From contig CAXMWX010000003.1 of assembly GCA_963422205.2 (NCBI GenBank), forward strand, positions 224,001 to 288,000: a stretch of DNA of 64,000 bases, given 5' to 3'. Under the pieces are notes generated by a model. It did no database searches. It had not been told where the DNA came from and saw nothing but the letters and a program-made list of their open reading frames with translations. A program made the translations under genes and the position numbers. This stretch comes from Gammaproteobacteria bacterium. GTDB lineage: Bacteria > Pseudomonadota > Gammaproteobacteria > Eutrophobiales > Eutrophobiaceae. Below, piece by piece: positions 22,497-35,082 of the stretch (positions within the stretch are counted from its first letter, which is position 1; every line of letters begins with the position of its first letter).

Positions 22497-24127
22497 ATGA
22501 TGACAGATAGAACGCCCCCTGCCAGAATGATCAGCAGGGTATCTTCCCAGGTCTCTCTTAGGGTATCCGGCCAGGTATCCGACCAGGGGATTTTTCGCTC
22601 TCTGCAAGCGCGGGTTATGCGGTGGGCATTTACTAAAGAGCGAGACCTGGGCCGCCCTACCGAGAAAGCCCGGAGGGGTGAGCGTTTTGAGATAGATGCC
22701 GGAGATACCGGGCAGGTAGAGGCGGCTCGCCTGGATGAACCCAATCGCTGGGCATGTCGTTTAATCGAAAGATCGAAAGACCCTAACCGCATCTGGACAA
22801 CGGAAGTCCTTATCACCGAAAACAGTTTGACCGAAGCGATGGTGGGATGCCGTCTTTTGTGTACGCAACTAGAGGATGACAGGGACAGCATTCCCCGGTC
22901 GATACCCCGATTTGTGCGGGAAATAGCATTTACGCAGGCTGCTTTTCTGGATGGCAGGCAGACATCGCCTGCACCTTAGGATCGTCAGCACACCGGAAGA
23001 GGCCGACAAGCTGGCCGATTTCCTGCTCTCTTCGGACAGGCAGCATCCCGTTGTTGCTGCGACAACCCCCGCTCACTCCGAGGATCCGGAGCAGACGATT
23101 ATCCCTGTTAGAAATTTTATCCGCCGGACTGTCGGCTTCGTCCATACAGTCGTGTTGACTTCCGTTGTATCTTACGCTTTGAGGGAGCGCACAGGTTCGG
23201 AATTTTCCGTGTATAAACGGGCCATTCGCACCTATCACCCGGGATTTGTCCGGACAAGGATCAATGGCCTGACCACCCCCTGGTGACTGCCCGGCGTATT
23301 GAAAGCTGGGAGGCCGAGAAGTCAGAGAAGTTTATCGAGTTCCTGGTGCGGCAGGTGCTGCGCCCGCATCACCCCAGGTATGTTCTTGAACAGGAACAAT
23401 GGCCGTTTCAAAAAATAAAGGCCCTGGCTGCCGAACGTGACCGCCAGCAGGCAGAACAGGCAGGCCAGGAGAGTGCCGCCCTGTATCAAAAAGCAATCAG
23501 CGCCAAAGACAAACAGATTTCTGATGCCCTGGAGCTTGCGGCCGGCATGGAAGCTGAGAGAGAGCAAGCAATCAAAGAAGCCGATCAACTCAAATCTCAT
23601 AATTGGGCGCTGCAAAATCGGCTCGACACCTTGCAGGCGCAACTCAACTCGCCTAACCATGCTACGGAGTCTCTGCCCGACAGCCTGGGTGAAATTGAAG
23701 CGTGGGCAAAACAGAACCTCGGTGATGCTGTTGTGCTGCATGAGCGTGCGATAAAAACTGCAAGCCAGTCTGCCTTTGAAGATGTTGATCTCGTTTATAA
23801 GGCCCTGCTGATGTTGCGCGATTATTATGCGCCCATGCACCGAGAGGGCGATAATAAGAAGCATGCTGCGTATCAGCAAAGATTGAGCGAGTTGCACCTG
23901 AAGGACACCCCGTGTTTCAGCCAAGAGAACAAGGCCAAAAGCAAAAAATATAAAGGGCAATATCATGTTGACCATAACGGCAGAGAATGTGAGCTTGACC
24001 AGCATTTGAAAGGCAGCGATAGCAGGATGGGCGTCATGGCTTCCGGCTGTACTACTTCTGGGACGATGAGACCGAGTGTGTGGTTGTTGGAGATATGCTG
24101 CACCACCTTAGAACCGATGACAGCTAG
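22497..24127 (+). pseudogene. frameshifted multidomain protein with coiled coil and C-terminal RNase-toxin-like domain
   Basis: Three overlapping ORFs plus a fourth frame from ~24026 reading DGRHGFRLYYFWDDETECVVVGDMLHHL. Confidence 0.55.
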
Positions 24128-24271
24128 AAACCGGATTGCCGGGGCGGGTTTTCTGGCGCTGTCATCCTGGCAGGGTGAAGTCATCGGCTGGCGTTTCAGT
24201 TGCGACACATCAAGCAACCGGTCTGGCAGATAGACCTGCCGCAGGAAGTTCAGTACACTTGCTGCAGTTTC

Positions 24272-24304
24272 AAGCGGGGGTAGCCAGCGGGTTGCTCCCG
24301 TTTT
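24272..24304 (+). promoter_or_regulatory. carA leader terminator/attenuator hairpin
   Basis: AAGCGGGGGTAGCC / GGTTGCTCCCGTTTT stem plus T-tract, just after a TACACT -10-like hexamer. Confidence 0.55.
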
Positions 24305-24342
24305 CTTGTGTGTAACCCCATCACGTATAACCGGCAAGGATA

Positions 24343-25509
24343 ATGGAGGTCTTGAGATTGCTGCAACCTGCCTTACTCGCCCTGGCCGATGGCACTGTGT
24401 TTCACGGGCGCTCTGTCGGTAGCCAGGGCCTGGCCACGGGCGAGGTGGTGTTTAACACATCCATCACCGGCTATCAGGAAATCCTCACCGATCCCTCCTA
24501 CTGCCGCCAGATCATCACCTTCACCCAGCCGCATATCGGCAATGTTGGCGTGAACCCGGAAGATGAGGAATCGCCTGCCGTCCACGCCAGCGGCCTGGTG
24601 ATTCGGGATCTGCCGCTGCATGCCAGTAACTGGCGACAGCAACACCCCTTGACCGACTATCTGCACAGCAAACAGGTGGTGGCGATTGCTGACATTGACA
24701 CCCGTTGCCTGACCCGGATTTTACGCACCAAAGGGGCGCAGAACGGCTGCATCATGGCCTTGCCCCAACTGGCAGAGGAGGCCGCCATCACCGCTGCACA
24801 AGACTGCCCGGGGCTGGCCGGTAGCGATCTTGCCGGGCAGGTGAGTACCCAGGCGGATTATGTCTGGCAGGAAGCCGACTGGTCTTTGCAAGGAGGCTAT
24901 CGACCCGCTGGTGCGGCGAGCTGGCGCGTGGCGGCGTATGATTTTGGTGTAAAACGCAACCTCCTGCGCCTGTTGGTGGCGGCAGGTTGCGAGGTGGTCG
25001 TTGTGCCAGCGAGAACGCCGGCGGCGAAGGTGCTGGCCGGCGGGTTTGACGGCGTGTTTTTATCCAATGGCCCCGGCGACCCGGCCGCTTGCACGTATGC
25101 CATCGGTGCGATACAGGCGTTATTGCAGGCCGGGATGCCACTGTTTGGCATTTGTCTTGGTCATCAGTTGCTGGGGCTGGCAGCCGGGGCCAGGACAGTG
25201 AAGATGGCCTTCGGTCATCATGGGGCGAACCATCCGGTGCAGGAGCTTACCACCGGCCGGGTCTTTATCAGCAGTCAGAACCATGGCTTTGCGGTGGCCG
25301 AAGAGGGCCTGCCCGCGTGTTTAGAGGTAACGCATCGCTCGTTGTTTGATGGCAGCGTACAGGGGATCAGGCACAGGCATCTGCCTGCATTTGGTTTTCA
25401 GGGACACCCCGAGGCGAGCCCCGGCCCGCATGATATGCAGCCCCTGTTTGTGTATTTTACCGAGCTGATGCGTAGCAGAGCCGATCCCCCTGATGCCAAG
25501 ACGTTCTGA
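24343..25509 (+). CDS. carA: carbamoyl-phosphate synthase small subunit
   Basis: [47 protein letters not shown]. Confidence 0.97.
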   Translation: MEVLRLLQPALLALADGTVFHGRSVGSQGLATGEVVFNTSITGYQEILTDPSYCRQIITFTQPHIGNVGVNPEDEESPAVHASGLVIRDLPLHASNWRQQHPLTDYLHSKQVVAIADIDTRCLTRILRTKGAQNGCIMALPQLAEEAAITAAQDCPGLAGSDLAGQVSTQADYVWQEADWSLQGGYRPAGAASWRVAAYDFGVKRNLLRLLVAAGCEVVVVPARTPAAKVLAGGFDGVFLSNGPGDPAACTYAIGAIQALLQAGMPLFGICLGHQLLGLAAGARTVKMAFGHHGANHPVQELTTGRVFISSQNHGFAVAEEGLPACLEVTHRSLFDGSVQGIRHRHLPAFGFQGHPEASPGPHDMQPLFVYFTELMRSRADPPDAKTF

Positions 25510-28500
25510 CATCAACAGCATTTTGATCATCGGTGCTGGCCCTATCGTCATCGGCCAGGCGTGCGAGTTTGACTATTCCGGCGCACAGGCCTGCAAGGCG
25601 CTGACCGAGGAGGGGTTTCGCGTTGTGCTGGTGAACTCCAACCCGGCCACCATCATGACCGACCCGGACATGGCCGATGTCACCTATATTGAGCCGCTAC
25701 GCTGGCAGAGCCTGGCCAGGATCATCGCCCGGGAGCGCCCGGATGCGGTGTTGCCGACGATGGGCGGGCAGACGGCGCTAAATTGCGCCCTGGACCTGGC
25801 CCGTGAGGGGGTGTTTCAGGAACACGACGTGGAGATGATCGGCGCCAACCGGGAGGCGATCGACAAGGCCGAGGACCGGGAGAAATTTCGTGCCGCCATG
25901 CAGAAGTTGGGGCTGGCCATGCCACGTTCCGGCATCGCCCACCGGCTGGATGATGCCCTGTCGATCGTCGCCGACATCGGTTATCCGATCATCAGCCGCC
26001 CGTCTTTTACGCTGGGCGGGGCGGGCGGCGGTATTGCCTATAATCGGGAGGAGCTGGTCGATCTGGTTGAGCGTGGCCTTGATGCCTCGCCCAGTGCGGA
26101 GGTGCTGCTGGAGCAATCGGTGCTGGGCTGGAAGGAGTATGAGATGGAGGTGGTGCGCGACTCAAAAGATAACTGCATCATCGTCTGCGCTATTGAAAAC
26201 GTGGATCCGATGGGCGTACACACGGGTGATTCGATCACGGTCGCCCCGGCGCTGACGCTCACAGACAAGGAATACCAGCGCATGCGTAATGCGGCCATTG
26301 CGGTGCTGCGGGAGATTGGCGTAGAGACAGGCGGTTCGAATGTGCAGTTTGCGGTCAACCCGGCCACGGGCGAGTTGATCATCATTGAGATGAACCCGCG
26401 GGTGTCACGCTCCTCGGCCCTGGCATCCAAGGCGACCGGCTTCCCGATTGCCAGGGTGGCCGCCAAGCTGGCGGTGGGCTATACCTTAGATGAGCTGGAC
26501 AACGAGATCACCGGCGGGGCAACGCCCGCTTCCTTTGAGCCGACCATAGACTACATCGTCACCAAAATCCCGCGTTTTACCTTTGAGAAGTTTCCCCGGG
26601 CAGAAGATACGCTGACCACCCAGATGAAGTCGGTGGGCGAGGTGATGGCGATTGGCCGGACGTTTCAGGAGTCGTTGCAAAAGGCCATGCGTGGGCTGGA
26701 GACCGGTATTGATGGCTTTACCGAACTTGATGCCGAGCTCACTGATGAGGATATCGCCCGGCAGCTGCAAACGCCGGGGTCGCAACGCCTGTTGCATCTG
26801 GGCGAGGCGTTTCGCCGCGGGTTTGATTTGCAGAAAGTCCATGCACTGTCTGCTATAGAGCCGTGGTTTCTGGCGCAGATTGAAGATCTGTTACAGCATG
26901 AGGCAGCGCTTGCAGGCAAGTCGCTTGACAGCTTGTCGAGGGCGGAGTTGTGGCAGTTGAAACGCCAGGGCTTTGCCGACAGCCGTCTGGCACGGCTGCT
27001 GAATACGGATGAGGCCGAGGTGCGCGCCTGCCGCCATCGCCATCATATTCGGCCGGTGTATAAACGGGTGGATTCCTGTGCGGCTGAATTTGCGGCGAGC
27101 ACGGCCTATCTGTATTCCTGCTATGAGCAAGCATGTGAAGCAGCGCCGAGCGAGCGCGACAAGGTGATGGTGCTGGGCGGCGGGCCTAACCGCATTGGGC
27201 AGGGGATTGAATTTGACTACTGCTGTGTGCAGGCGGCCTATGCGCTACGAGCGGCAGGTTATGAGACCATCATGGTCAACTGCAATCCAGAGACTGTCTC
27301 GACCGACTACGATACGTCAGATCGGCTGTATTTTGAGCCCTTGACGCTGGAGGATGTGCTGGCGATCATTGAGGTGGAAAAGCCACAGGGCGTGATCGTG
27401 CAGTACGGCGGTCAAACGCCGCTGAAATTGGCCCGTGAATTGCAGGCCGCCGGTGCGCCCATCATCGGCACATCGCCGGACAGCATTGATCTGGCCGAGG
27501 ACAGACAGCGCTTTCAGGGCTTGCTGGAGCGATTAGGGCTGCAACAGCCGCCGAACGCCACGGCGAATACCTTGGCCGAGGCCCTGGCAGGTGCTGAGAT
27601 GATCGGTTATCCACTGGTGGTGCGGCCTTCTTATGTGCTGGGTGGGCGGGCGATGGAGATCGTCCACGACCGGGAAGAATTGCAGCAGTACATGCAGGCT
27701 GCGGTGGCGGTGTCCAATGACTCGCCCGTGTTGCTGGATAAGTTTCTTGATCAGGCGATTGAGGTGGATATTGATGCGGTCTGTGATGGCAAGGCCGTTG
27801 TCATTGGCGGCATCATGCAGCACATTGAGCAGGCCGGGGTGCATTCGGGTGATTCTGCGTGCAGCCTGCCGCCGTACAGCTTGAGTCCTGCGATCCTCAA
27901 GCGGCTGGGGCAACAGGTGACCCAAATAGCCCTGGGGTTAAACGTGATCGGCTTGATGAATGCACAGTTCGCCATCCAGGGTGAGCAGATCTATGTGCTG
28001 GAAGTCAACCCGCGGGCATCACGCACTGTGCCGTTTGTCTCCAAGGCAACCGGGGCAGCACTGGCGAGGATAGCCGCCAACTGTATGGTGGGTAACTCAT
28101 TACAGGCACAAGGGCTTGATGGCATCACCCCCCCCGGCTATTTTTCCGTGAAAGAGGCCGTCTTTCCGTTTATCAAGTTTCCGGGGGTTGATCCGATACT
28201 CGGCCCGGAAATGAAGTCCACCGGCGAGGTGATGGGTGTTGGTTTCAGCTTTGGCGAAGCCGTGCATAAATCACTGCTGGCGGCGGGTGAGGCGATACCG
28301 GCAAAGGACAAGATTCAGGGCAAGATATTCATCAGTGTGCGCGATGTTGATAAGGGCGAGATCGTGGAAATTGCCGCCGCGCTCAAGGCACAGGGCTTTG
28401 ATCTGTGTGCCACCGAGGGCACGGCAGGCGTGATTCGGGCGGCGGGGCTGGCCTGTAAGCGGGTTAATAAAGTGCGCGAGGGCCGGCCACACATCGTGGA

Positions 28501-28729
28501 TATGTTAAAAAATGACGAAATTACTATGATCATCAATACGACCTGGGGGAGAAAAGCCATTTCTGACTCTTATCCCATTCGCCGCACGGCCTTGCAACAC
28601 AAGGTGTTCTACACGACCACGATTGCCGGGGCCAGGGCTACAGCAAAGGCCATTACATATGCGAATCAACAGGCGGAGAAAGAGGCCATTTATTCGCTAC
28701 AGTCATTACATCGGAGCCTGAACGCATGA
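25493..28729 (+). CDS. carB: carbamoyl-phosphate synthase large subunit
   Basis: [30 protein letters not shown], duplicated ATP-grasp, MGS domain. Confidence 0.98.
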   Translation: MPRRSDINSILIIGAGPIVIGQACEFDYSGAQACKALTEEGFRVVLVNSNPATIMTDPDMADVTYIEPLRWQSLARIIARERPDAVLPTMGGQTALNCALDLAREGVFQEHDVEMIGANREAIDKAEDREKFRAAMQKLGLAMPRSGIAHRLDDALSIVADIGYPIISRPSFTLGGAGGGIAYNREELVDLVERGLDASPSAEVLLEQSVLGWKEYEMEVVRDSKDNCIIVCAIENVDPMGVHTGDSITVAPALTLTDKEYQRMRNAAIAVLREIGVETGGSNVQFAVNPATGELIIIEMNPRVSRSSALASKATGFPIARVAAKLAVGYTLDELDNEITGGATPASFEPTIDYIVTKIPRFTFEKFPRAEDTLTTQMKSVGEVMAIGRTFQESLQKAMRGLETGIDGFTELDAELTDEDIARQLQTPGSQRLLHLGEAFRRGFDLQKVHALSAIEPWFLAQIEDLLQHEAALAGKSLDSLSRAELWQLKRQGFADSRLARLLNTDEAEVRACRHRHHIRPVYKRVDSCAAEFAASTAYLYSCYEQACEAAPSERDKVMVLGGGPNRIGQGIEFDYCCVQAAYALRAAGYETIMVNCNPETVSTDYDTSDRLYFEPLTLEDVLAIIEVEKPQGVIVQYGGQTPLKLARELQAAGAPIIGTSPDSIDLAEDRQRFQGLLERLGLQQPPNATANTLAEALAGAEMIGYPLVVRPSYVLGGRAMEIVHDREELQQYMQAAVAVSNDSPVLLDKFLDQAIEVDIDAVCDGKAVVIGGIMQHIEQAGVHSGDSACSLPPYSLSPAILKRLGQQVTQIALGLNVIGLMNAQFAIQGEQIYVLEVNPRASRTVPFVSKATGAALARIAANCMVGNSLQAQGLDGITPPGYFSVKEAVFPFIKFPGVDPILGPEMKSTGEVMGVGFSFGEAVHKSLLAAGEAIPAKDKIQGKIFISVRDVDKGEIVEIAAALKAQGFDLCATEGTAGVIRAAGLACKRVNKVREGRPHIVDMLKNDEITMIINTTWGRKAISDSYPIRRTALQHKVFYTTTIAGARATAKAITYANQQAEKEAIYSLQSLHRSLNA

Positions 28730-29202
28730 CTAAACCCGCCATGACAGCCGCCGGGGCGATGCGCCTGCGGGCGCAATTACAGCAACTAAAAACCGAGGAT
28801 CGCCCGGCCGTTATCAAGGCGATTGCCGAGGCGCGTGCACATGGCGACTTGAGTGAAAATGCGGAATACCATGCAGCTCGGGAGCAGCAGGGTTTTATTG
28901 AAGGGCGCATCAATACGCTTGAATCGGCCTTGGCCGAGGCGCAAATCATTGATGTCACCACCATCAAGGCCGGGGGCAAGGTGGTCTTTGGTGCGACAGT
29001 TAAGATGCTGAATCTGGAAACCGACGATGCGGTGACTTATCAGATTGTCGGCGAGGAGGAGGCCGATATTGAACAGGGGCTGATCTCGGTGGTCTCACCT
29101 ATAGCCAGAGCGCTGATCGGCGGGCAGGAGGGCGATGTGATTGAGGTAGATGCGCCTGGTGGTGTCAAGGAATATGAGATCTTAAGCGTCCGTTATGTCT
29201 GA
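28726..29202 (+). CDS. greA: transcription elongation factor GreA
   Basis: [25 protein letters not shown]. Confidence 0.97.
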   Translation: MTKPAMTAAGAMRLRAQLQQLKTEDRPAVIKAIAEARAHGDLSENAEYHAAREQQGFIEGRINTLESALAEAQIIDVTTIKAGGKVVFGATVKMLNLETDDAVTYQIVGEEEADIEQGLISVVSPIARALIGGQEGDVIEVDAPGGVKEYEILSVRYV

Positions 29203-29236
29203 GGCGACTTAACGGATTTGAGTGATGGTAGTGACA

Positions 29237-29851
29237 ATGGCTGCTAACAGGAAACAATGGCACAAGATGCAGGTACGTGATCCTTATGTGAGCAGGGCCA
29301 GGGCTGAAAATTACCGTTGCCGTGCCGTGTACAAATTGAAAGAGATAGATGAACGCTATCGTTTATTTGCCAGCGGGCAGATTGTCTGTGATCTGGGCGC
29401 TGCCCCGGGCAGCTGGTCGCAGTACGCCGCTGAACGTTGTCGCCCCCGAGGTTATATCGTGGCTGTCGATGTGTTGACCATGGCTGAACTTGACAATGTC
29501 CGCTTTATTTGCGGCGATTTCACAAAAGATCAGGTCATGCAGGCATGTTATACTGCACTACAACACCGATTGGCAGACCTTGTAATCTCTGATATGTCGC
29601 CCAATATAACAGGTATAAGAGACACCGATCAGGCCCGTAGCCTGTATCTGGCCGAGTCGGTTCTGGCATTTGCCAGGAAGACGCTTAAACAGAATGGTAA
29701 GATGCTGGTCAAGCTGTTTCAAGGGGCTGGCATTGATGCCTACAGAAAAGAACTATCCAGGCATTTTCAAGGGCTTGTAAATTACAAGCCCAAGGCATCT
29801 CGGTCGGCATCAAGAGAAGTCTATGTGCTGGCCAGTGGCTATAAGGTATAG
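29237..29851 (+). CDS. rlmE: 23S rRNA Um2552 methyltransferase
   Basis: YRCRAVYKL, DLGAAPGSWSQ, SDMSPN, KPKASR..SREVY. Confidence 0.94.
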   Translation: MAANRKQWHKMQVRDPYVSRARAENYRCRAVYKLKEIDERYRLFASGQIVCDLGAAPGSWSQYAAERCRPRGYIVAVDVLTMAELDNVRFICGDFTKDQVMQACYTALQHRLADLVISDMSPNITGIRDTDQARSLYLAESVLAFARKTLKQNGKMLVKLFQGAGIDAYRKELSRHFQGLVNYKPKASRSASREVYVLASGYKV

Positions 29852-29906
29852 TAGCCCCCGCCGCCTTGCTGATGGCGTGTTGAGAATGAAATAACAGGCA
29901 GGTAAA

Positions 29907-31835
29907 TTGAACGATATGGCGAAAAATCTATTGCTGTGGATCATCATTGCGCTGGTGCTGATGATGGTGATCCAGAATTTCGGCGTCAACAGCCCCAGTA
30001 AACGCATTGACTACTCTCAGTTTATTGCTGATGTGAAGAACGGCAAGATCGGCTCGGTGACCATTGAGGGCAGCAATATCAGTGGTTTTTATCGCGCCGA
30101 ACCCACGCCTTTCTCTACCTACAGCCCCGAATCCAGTAACTCTTACCTGATCGGCACCCTGCTGGACAATAATGTGCAGGTTCGAGGGGCTGAGGCAAAC
30201 AAAAATTCTCTCTGGATACACGCCCTGATCTCCTGGTTTCCCTTGCTGCTGATCCTCGGCATCTGGATCTACTTCATGCGCCAGATGCAGGGCGGCAGCG
30301 GTGGTCGTGGTGCGCTCTCATTCGGTAAAAGCCGTGCCCGCCTGTTAAACGAAGATCAGGTCAACATCACGTTTAACGATGTCGCCGGGGTGGAAGAGGC
30401 GAAAGAGGAAGTGGCCGAGTTGGTTGAATTTTTGCGTGATCCCGGCAAGTTCCAGCAACTCGGCGGCAAGATTCCCTCGGGCGTGCTGATGATCGGCTCC
30501 CCCGGCACCGGTAAAACGCTGCTGGCCAGGGCCATCGCCGGCGAGGCCGAAGTGCCGTTTTTCACCATATCCGGCTCTGATTTTGTCGAGATGTTTGTCG
30601 GTGTTGGTGCTTCCCGTGTGCGCGATATGTTTGAGCAGGCAAAAAAACATGCGCCCTGCATTATTTTTATTGATGAGATCGATGCCGTTGGCCGCCATCG
30701 TGGTGCGGGTCTGGGCGGTGGTCATGATGAGCGTGAACAGACCTTGAACCAGCTCCTGGTGGAGATGGATGGTTTCGAAGGCAATGAGGGGGTGATCGTG
30801 ATTGCGGCGACCAACCGCCCGGACGTGCTTGATCCGGCCCTGCTGCGCCCTGGGCGGTTTGACAGGCAGGTAGTGGTGCCGCTGCCTGACATACGTGGCC
30901 GTGAGCAGATATTGAAAGTTCACATGCGTAAGGTTGCCTTGGCCGATAAGGTGAATGCCAACATCATCGCCCGCGGCACGCCCGGTTTCTCCGGTGCTGA
31001 TCTGGCCAACCTTATCAATGAGGCCGCCTTGTTTGCTGCCCGTGCCAACAAGCAGCTGGTGGACATGTATGACTTTGAGCGCGCAAAAGACAAGATCATG
31101 ATGGGCGCTGAGCGGCGCTCTATGGTCATGAGCGAGGATGAGAAAAAGCTCACCGCCTACCACGAAGCTGGTCATGCGATTGTCGGTCGCTCGCTGCCAA
31201 GCCATGATCCGGTGTATAAAGTCACGATTATTCCCCGTGGCCGTGCCCTGGGTGTGACCATGTTCTTGCCGGAGGAGGATCGCTTGAGCTACTCCAAGCA
31301 GTTTCTGGAAAGCCAGCTGTGCAGCCTGTTTGGTGGCCGTATTGCCGAGGAGTTGATCTTTGGGGCGGAGGCGGTCACCACCGGTGCGTCCAATGATATT
31401 GAGCGTGCCACACAGATCGCCAGAAACATGGTGACAAAATGGGGCCTGTCAGAGAAGCTCGGCCCGTTGACCTACAGCGAGGAAGATGGCGAGGTGTTCC
31501 TCGGCCACTCGGTGACCAAACACAAGGCCATTTCCGATGAGACCACCCGCATTATTGATGAGGAAGTGCGCCAGGTGATAGACAGGAGTTACACCCAGGC
31601 GACACAGATTCTCAATGATAATATTGAGAAACTGCATTTGATGGCGGATGCCCTGATCAAATATGAAACCATAGAGAGCGAGCAGATTGATACGATCATG
31701 GAAGGCAAGGCGCCCGGCCCGCCCAGTAGCTGGGATGATGATCACAGTGAGCCCGGCGGCATGCCCAAGGCCTCCGACACATCAATCGACAAAGGCGGTG
31801 ATCCGTCAGTCACCGGCCCGCCCCGGCCCGCTTGA
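29907..31835 (+). CDS. ftsH: ATP-dependent zinc metalloprotease FtsH
   Basis: [19 protein letters not shown]. Confidence 0.98.
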   Translation: MNDMAKNLLLWIIIALVLMMVIQNFGVNSPSKRIDYSQFIADVKNGKIGSVTIEGSNISGFYRAEPTPFSTYSPESSNSYLIGTLLDNNVQVRGAEANKNSLWIHALISWFPLLLILGIWIYFMRQMQGGSGGRGALSFGKSRARLLNEDQVNITFNDVAGVEEAKEEVAELVEFLRDPGKFQQLGGKIPSGVLMIGSPGTGKTLLARAIAGEAEVPFFTISGSDFVEMFVGVGASRVRDMFEQAKKHAPCIIFIDEIDAVGRHRGAGLGGGHDEREQTLNQLLVEMDGFEGNEGVIVIAATNRPDVLDPALLRPGRFDRQVVVPLPDIRGREQILKVHMRKVALADKVNANIIARGTPGFSGADLANLINEAALFAARANKQLVDMYDFERAKDKIMMGAERRSMVMSEDEKKLTAYHEAGHAIVGRSLPSHDPVYKVTIIPRGRALGVTMFLPEEDRLSYSKQFLESQLCSLFGGRIAEELIFGAEAVTTGASNDIERATQIARNMVTKWGLSEKLGPLTYSEEDGEVFLGHSVTKHKAISDETTRIIDEEVRQVIDRSYTQATQILNDNIEKLHLMADALIKYETIESEQIDTIMEGKAPGPPSSWDDDHSEPGGMPKASDTSIDKGGDPSVTGPPRPA

Positions 31836-31985
31836 TCTGCCACGCTTGACGTGGTGCTGTCCCGCCCGTGTTCAGATGTATCCGTTATATTTTATCCGGG
31901 GGCCGGGCAGCTTAACCATAATATGCAAGACGGCCCGGATGCTGTTCACGCTGTAGCTTTGCAAGGCCGTTCAGGGGACAACACG

Positions 31986-33314
31986 ATTAACACCAGCAGG
32001 CAATATTTCGGCACCGATGGGATCCGTGGACGGGTCGGTGCTGCCCCCATTACCCCCGACTTCATCATGCGGCTGGGCTGGGCTGTGGGGCGGGTGGCAC
32101 AGCAGACGGCCACCGGCCCGGTGTTGATCGGCAAAGACACCCGTATCTCAGGTTATATGCTGGAATCAGCGCTGGAGGCTGGCCTGTCAGCCGCTGGCGT
32201 TGATGTGCGTCTGTCAGGCCCCCTGCCGACCCCGGCGATCGCGTACCTGACGAAAAACACCCGCGCCAGTGCGGGCATTGTGATCAGCGCATCACACAAT
32301 CCCTATTACGATAACGGCATCAAGATATTCAGTGCCAACGGCAGGAAGCTGCCCGATGCCGAAGAACGTAGAATTGAGCAGGAGTTGGCCGGGCCTGTTA
32401 CCGTGGTGGATGCCAGGCGGCTGGGCAAGGCCAGGCGCATCAGCGATGCCCCCAGACGTTATATTGAGTTTTGCAAGAGCAAGGCTGATGGTGATTTGGC
32501 CGATCTCAGCCTGATTGTGGATTGTGCCAACGGCGCCGGTTATAAGGTGGCGCCCCGGGTGTTTGCGGAGTTGGGCGCCAGGGTGGATGCCATGGCCGCT
32601 GCGCCCGATGGCTTTAACATCAATGCAGATTGCGGCGCCACCGCACCGGCCAGGCTGCAAGCGGCGGTGAGAGAGTGCCATGCCGATGTGGGGATTGCCC
32701 TGGATGGCGATGGCGACCGGCTGATCCTTGTCGATCACAACGGCGAGATTGTCGATGGCGATCAGTGTTTGTACATTCTGGCGCAACACCTGCACGGCGA
32801 GCTCACCGGCGTTGTAGGCACGCAGATGAGCAACCTGGGGCTGGAGTTGGCGATCAAGGAGATGGGGCTGGATTTTTTTCGTGCCCGGGTCGGCGACCGC
32901 TATGTGATGGATATGTTGCAACAACGGCAGTTATCGCTGGGTGGTGAGGGCTCAGGCCATATCATCAATCTTGCCGTCAGCGAGACCGGCGATGGCATCC
33001 TCTCCGCCTTGCAGGTGTTGATGATCATGGTCAAGACGGGCAGATCGTTGGCCGAGTTGGCGGCCGGTATGCGAAAATTCCCGCAACGCCTGCATAACCT
33101 TCGCCTGCACCAGGCATTCGATGGCACTGATACCGAGATTGTCAAGGCGGTGCGAGAGGCGGAGTTGAGCTTGGGCGATTCAGGCCGGGTACTGCTGCGG
33201 CCCTCCGGCACCGAGCCTGCTTTAAGGATCATGGTGGAAGGCGATGATGCCCGGTTGGTCGATCGCCTCATCATGCAATTAAGCGGGCGCGTAGAAGCGA
33301 TCATCACCCGTTAA
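31986..33314 (+). CDS. glmM: phosphoglucosamine mutase (start uncertain)
   Basis: YFGTDGIRG, VISASHNP, DGDGDR, RPSGTEP; homology begins near 31986, in-frame ATG at 31923. Confidence 0.93.
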   Translation: MNTSRQYFGTDGIRGRVGAAPITPDFIMRLGWAVGRVAQQTATGPVLIGKDTRISGYMLESALEAGLSAAGVDVRLSGPLPTPAIAYLTKNTRASAGIVISASHNPYYDNGIKIFSANGRKLPDAEERRIEQELAGPVTVVDARRLGKARRISDAPRRYIEFCKSKADGDLADLSLIVDCANGAGYKVAPRVFAELGARVDAMAAAPDGFNINADCGATAPARLQAAVRECHADVGIALDGDGDRLILVDHNGEIVDGDQCLYILAQHLHGELTGVVGTQMSNLGLELAIKEMGLDFFRARVGDRYVMDMLQQRQLSLGGEGSGHIINLAVSETGDGILSALQVLMIMVKTGRSLAELAAGMRKFPQRLHNLRLHQAFDGTDTEIVKAVREAELSLGDSGRVLLRPSGTEPALRIMVEGDDARLVDRLIMQLSGRVEAIITR

Positions 33315-33476
33315 GTTTTAACCGATAGCCATCAGGCATCGCAGCACACTATGCGAACGGCGTGGTGGGTGTGTCTGTGCTGGATGACTGCCTGTGTACT
33401 GCCGCCGCTGATCTGTCGCATTGCTCATCGTCTGTACGCCAGACCGGTCTTGCCTTGATATTTGGGGAAGTTGTCA

Positions 33477-35066
33477 ATGAAAAAACACATTTTAGTTACC
33501 GATAATATCGCCGCGGCGGGTGTTGATTACCTCTGCTCGCATGATGAGTTCGTGGTGGAGAAAAAAACCGAGCTGAATGAAGAGGAATTACTCGCCATCA
33601 TGCCTGGCTATCATGCCGTGATTGTCAGAAGCGCAACGAACATGACCGCCCGGATCATCGAGGCGGCGCCTGACCTGAAGGTGATCGGGCGGGCGGGCAT
33701 CGGCGTTGATAACATTGATGTCAAGGCGGCCACCATCAGGGGCATTGCCGTGCTCAATACGCCCGATGCCAACGCCACCACCACGGCCGAGTTGACCGTG
33801 GCTCACATGCTTTCTTTAAGCCGTAATCTGCCGCAGGCCGATCGTTCCGTGAAGGCGGGCGCCTGGCAGCGCTCGCAGTTTATGGGCGCTGAACTGGCCG
33901 GCAAGCTCTTAGGCATTATCGGCTATGGCGCCATAGGCCGGATCGTTGCCAGCCGTGCGCTCGCCCTTGATATGCAGGTCAAGGTCTATGATCCGTTCGT
34001 GACCGAGGAGCGGCTGCAAGCCGATGGCGTTGCCGCTCTGGTGCTGGATGCACTGGTGGCCGAGGCCGATTACCTGACGCTGCACTGCCCGGTCACCGCC
34101 GCTACCCGCAACATCCTCAGCGCAGAACGGCTGGCCAGCATGAAGCCAGGCGCGCGCCTGATCAACTGCGCCCGTGGCGGTCTGGTTGATGAGACGGCCC
34201 TGTATGCGTTGTTGAAATCCGGCCATCTCGCTGGTGCGGCGCTGGATGTGTTTGCTGATGAGCCGCCCGGGGACTCGCCGCTGCTGGCGCTGGATAATAT
34301 TGTCTTAACGCCGCATCTGGGCGCCTCCACCCATGAGGCGCAAAATGCCGCCGGTGCTGATATCGCCAGACAGGTTGCCGTGTATTTGCAGACCGGCGAG
34401 CCGATTAATGCGATCAACCTGCCGGCGGTATCGGCGGAGGAATCGCGCCGCTTGCAACCTTATCTGCTGCTGGCCGGTAACCTGGGGCGATTGCTTGAGC
34501 CGATGATACGGGGGGCGATTGACAAGCTGGAGGTCTCGCTGTGTGGTGATGCGGCGCTGCGTGATAGCCAATCCATCGCCACCGCCGGGCTGGTCGGTTG
34601 GTTGAGTGTGCACATGTCCGCCCCGGTGAACCGCATCAATGCCCGGCTGATCGCCGAACAGCATGGCGTGCAGTTAGTGGAATCGCGCTGCGGGGAGCAT
34701 CCCGATTATCATACGACAGTGAGTTTAACCGCCCATCATGGTGCCAAGACCACCACCGTGACCGGCGCCCTGTTTGATAAAAAACACCCGCGCCTGGTGC
34801 GTATTAACCGCTATGAGATCGAGGCGTTTCTCGAAGGCCATCTGCTGTTTACCCGGCATGTGGATAAGCCCGGCGTGATGGCCGCTATCACTGGTCTTCT
34901 GGCCGATAATCATGTCAATATCGCCCGTATGCAGTTAGGGATCGTGGCCGGCAGCGATAAGGCAGTGGCCGTGATGGAGGTATCGGATACGTTGTCAGCG
35001 ACCATCATGGAACAACTGGCAAAGCTGCCTGCCATCACCAAGGTCATGCAGGTTTCCATGACATAA
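33477..35066 (+). CDS. serA: D-3-phosphoglycerate dehydrogenase, long form with C-terminal regulatory domains
   Basis: RAGIGVDNID, GYGAIG, INCARGG, TPHLGAST; C-terminal HVDKPG ACT domain. Confidence 0.92.
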   Translation: MKKHILVTDNIAAAGVDYLCSHDEFVVEKKTELNEEELLAIMPGYHAVIVRSATNMTARIIEAAPDLKVIGRAGIGVDNIDVKAATIRGIAVLNTPDANATTTAELTVAHMLSLSRNLPQADRSVKAGAWQRSQFMGAELAGKLLGIIGYGAIGRIVASRALALDMQVKVYDPFVTEERLQADGVAALVLDALVAEADYLTLHCPVTAATRNILSAERLASMKPGARLINCARGGLVDETALYALLKSGHLAGAALDVFADEPPGDSPLLALDNIVLTPHLGASTHEAQNAAGADIARQVAVYLQTGEPINAINLPAVSAEESRRLQPYLLLAGNLGRLLEPMIRGAIDKLEVSLCGDAALRDSQSIATAGLVGWLSVHMSAPVNRINARLIAEQHGVQLVESRCGEHPDYHTTVSLTAHHGAKTTTVTGALFDKKHPRLVRINRYEIEAFLEGHLLFTRHVDKPGVMAAITGLLADNHVNIARMQLGIVAGSDKAVAVMEVSDTLSATIMEQLAKLPAITKVMQVSMT

Positions 35067-35082
35067 GCACCGGCCCCTTCAG

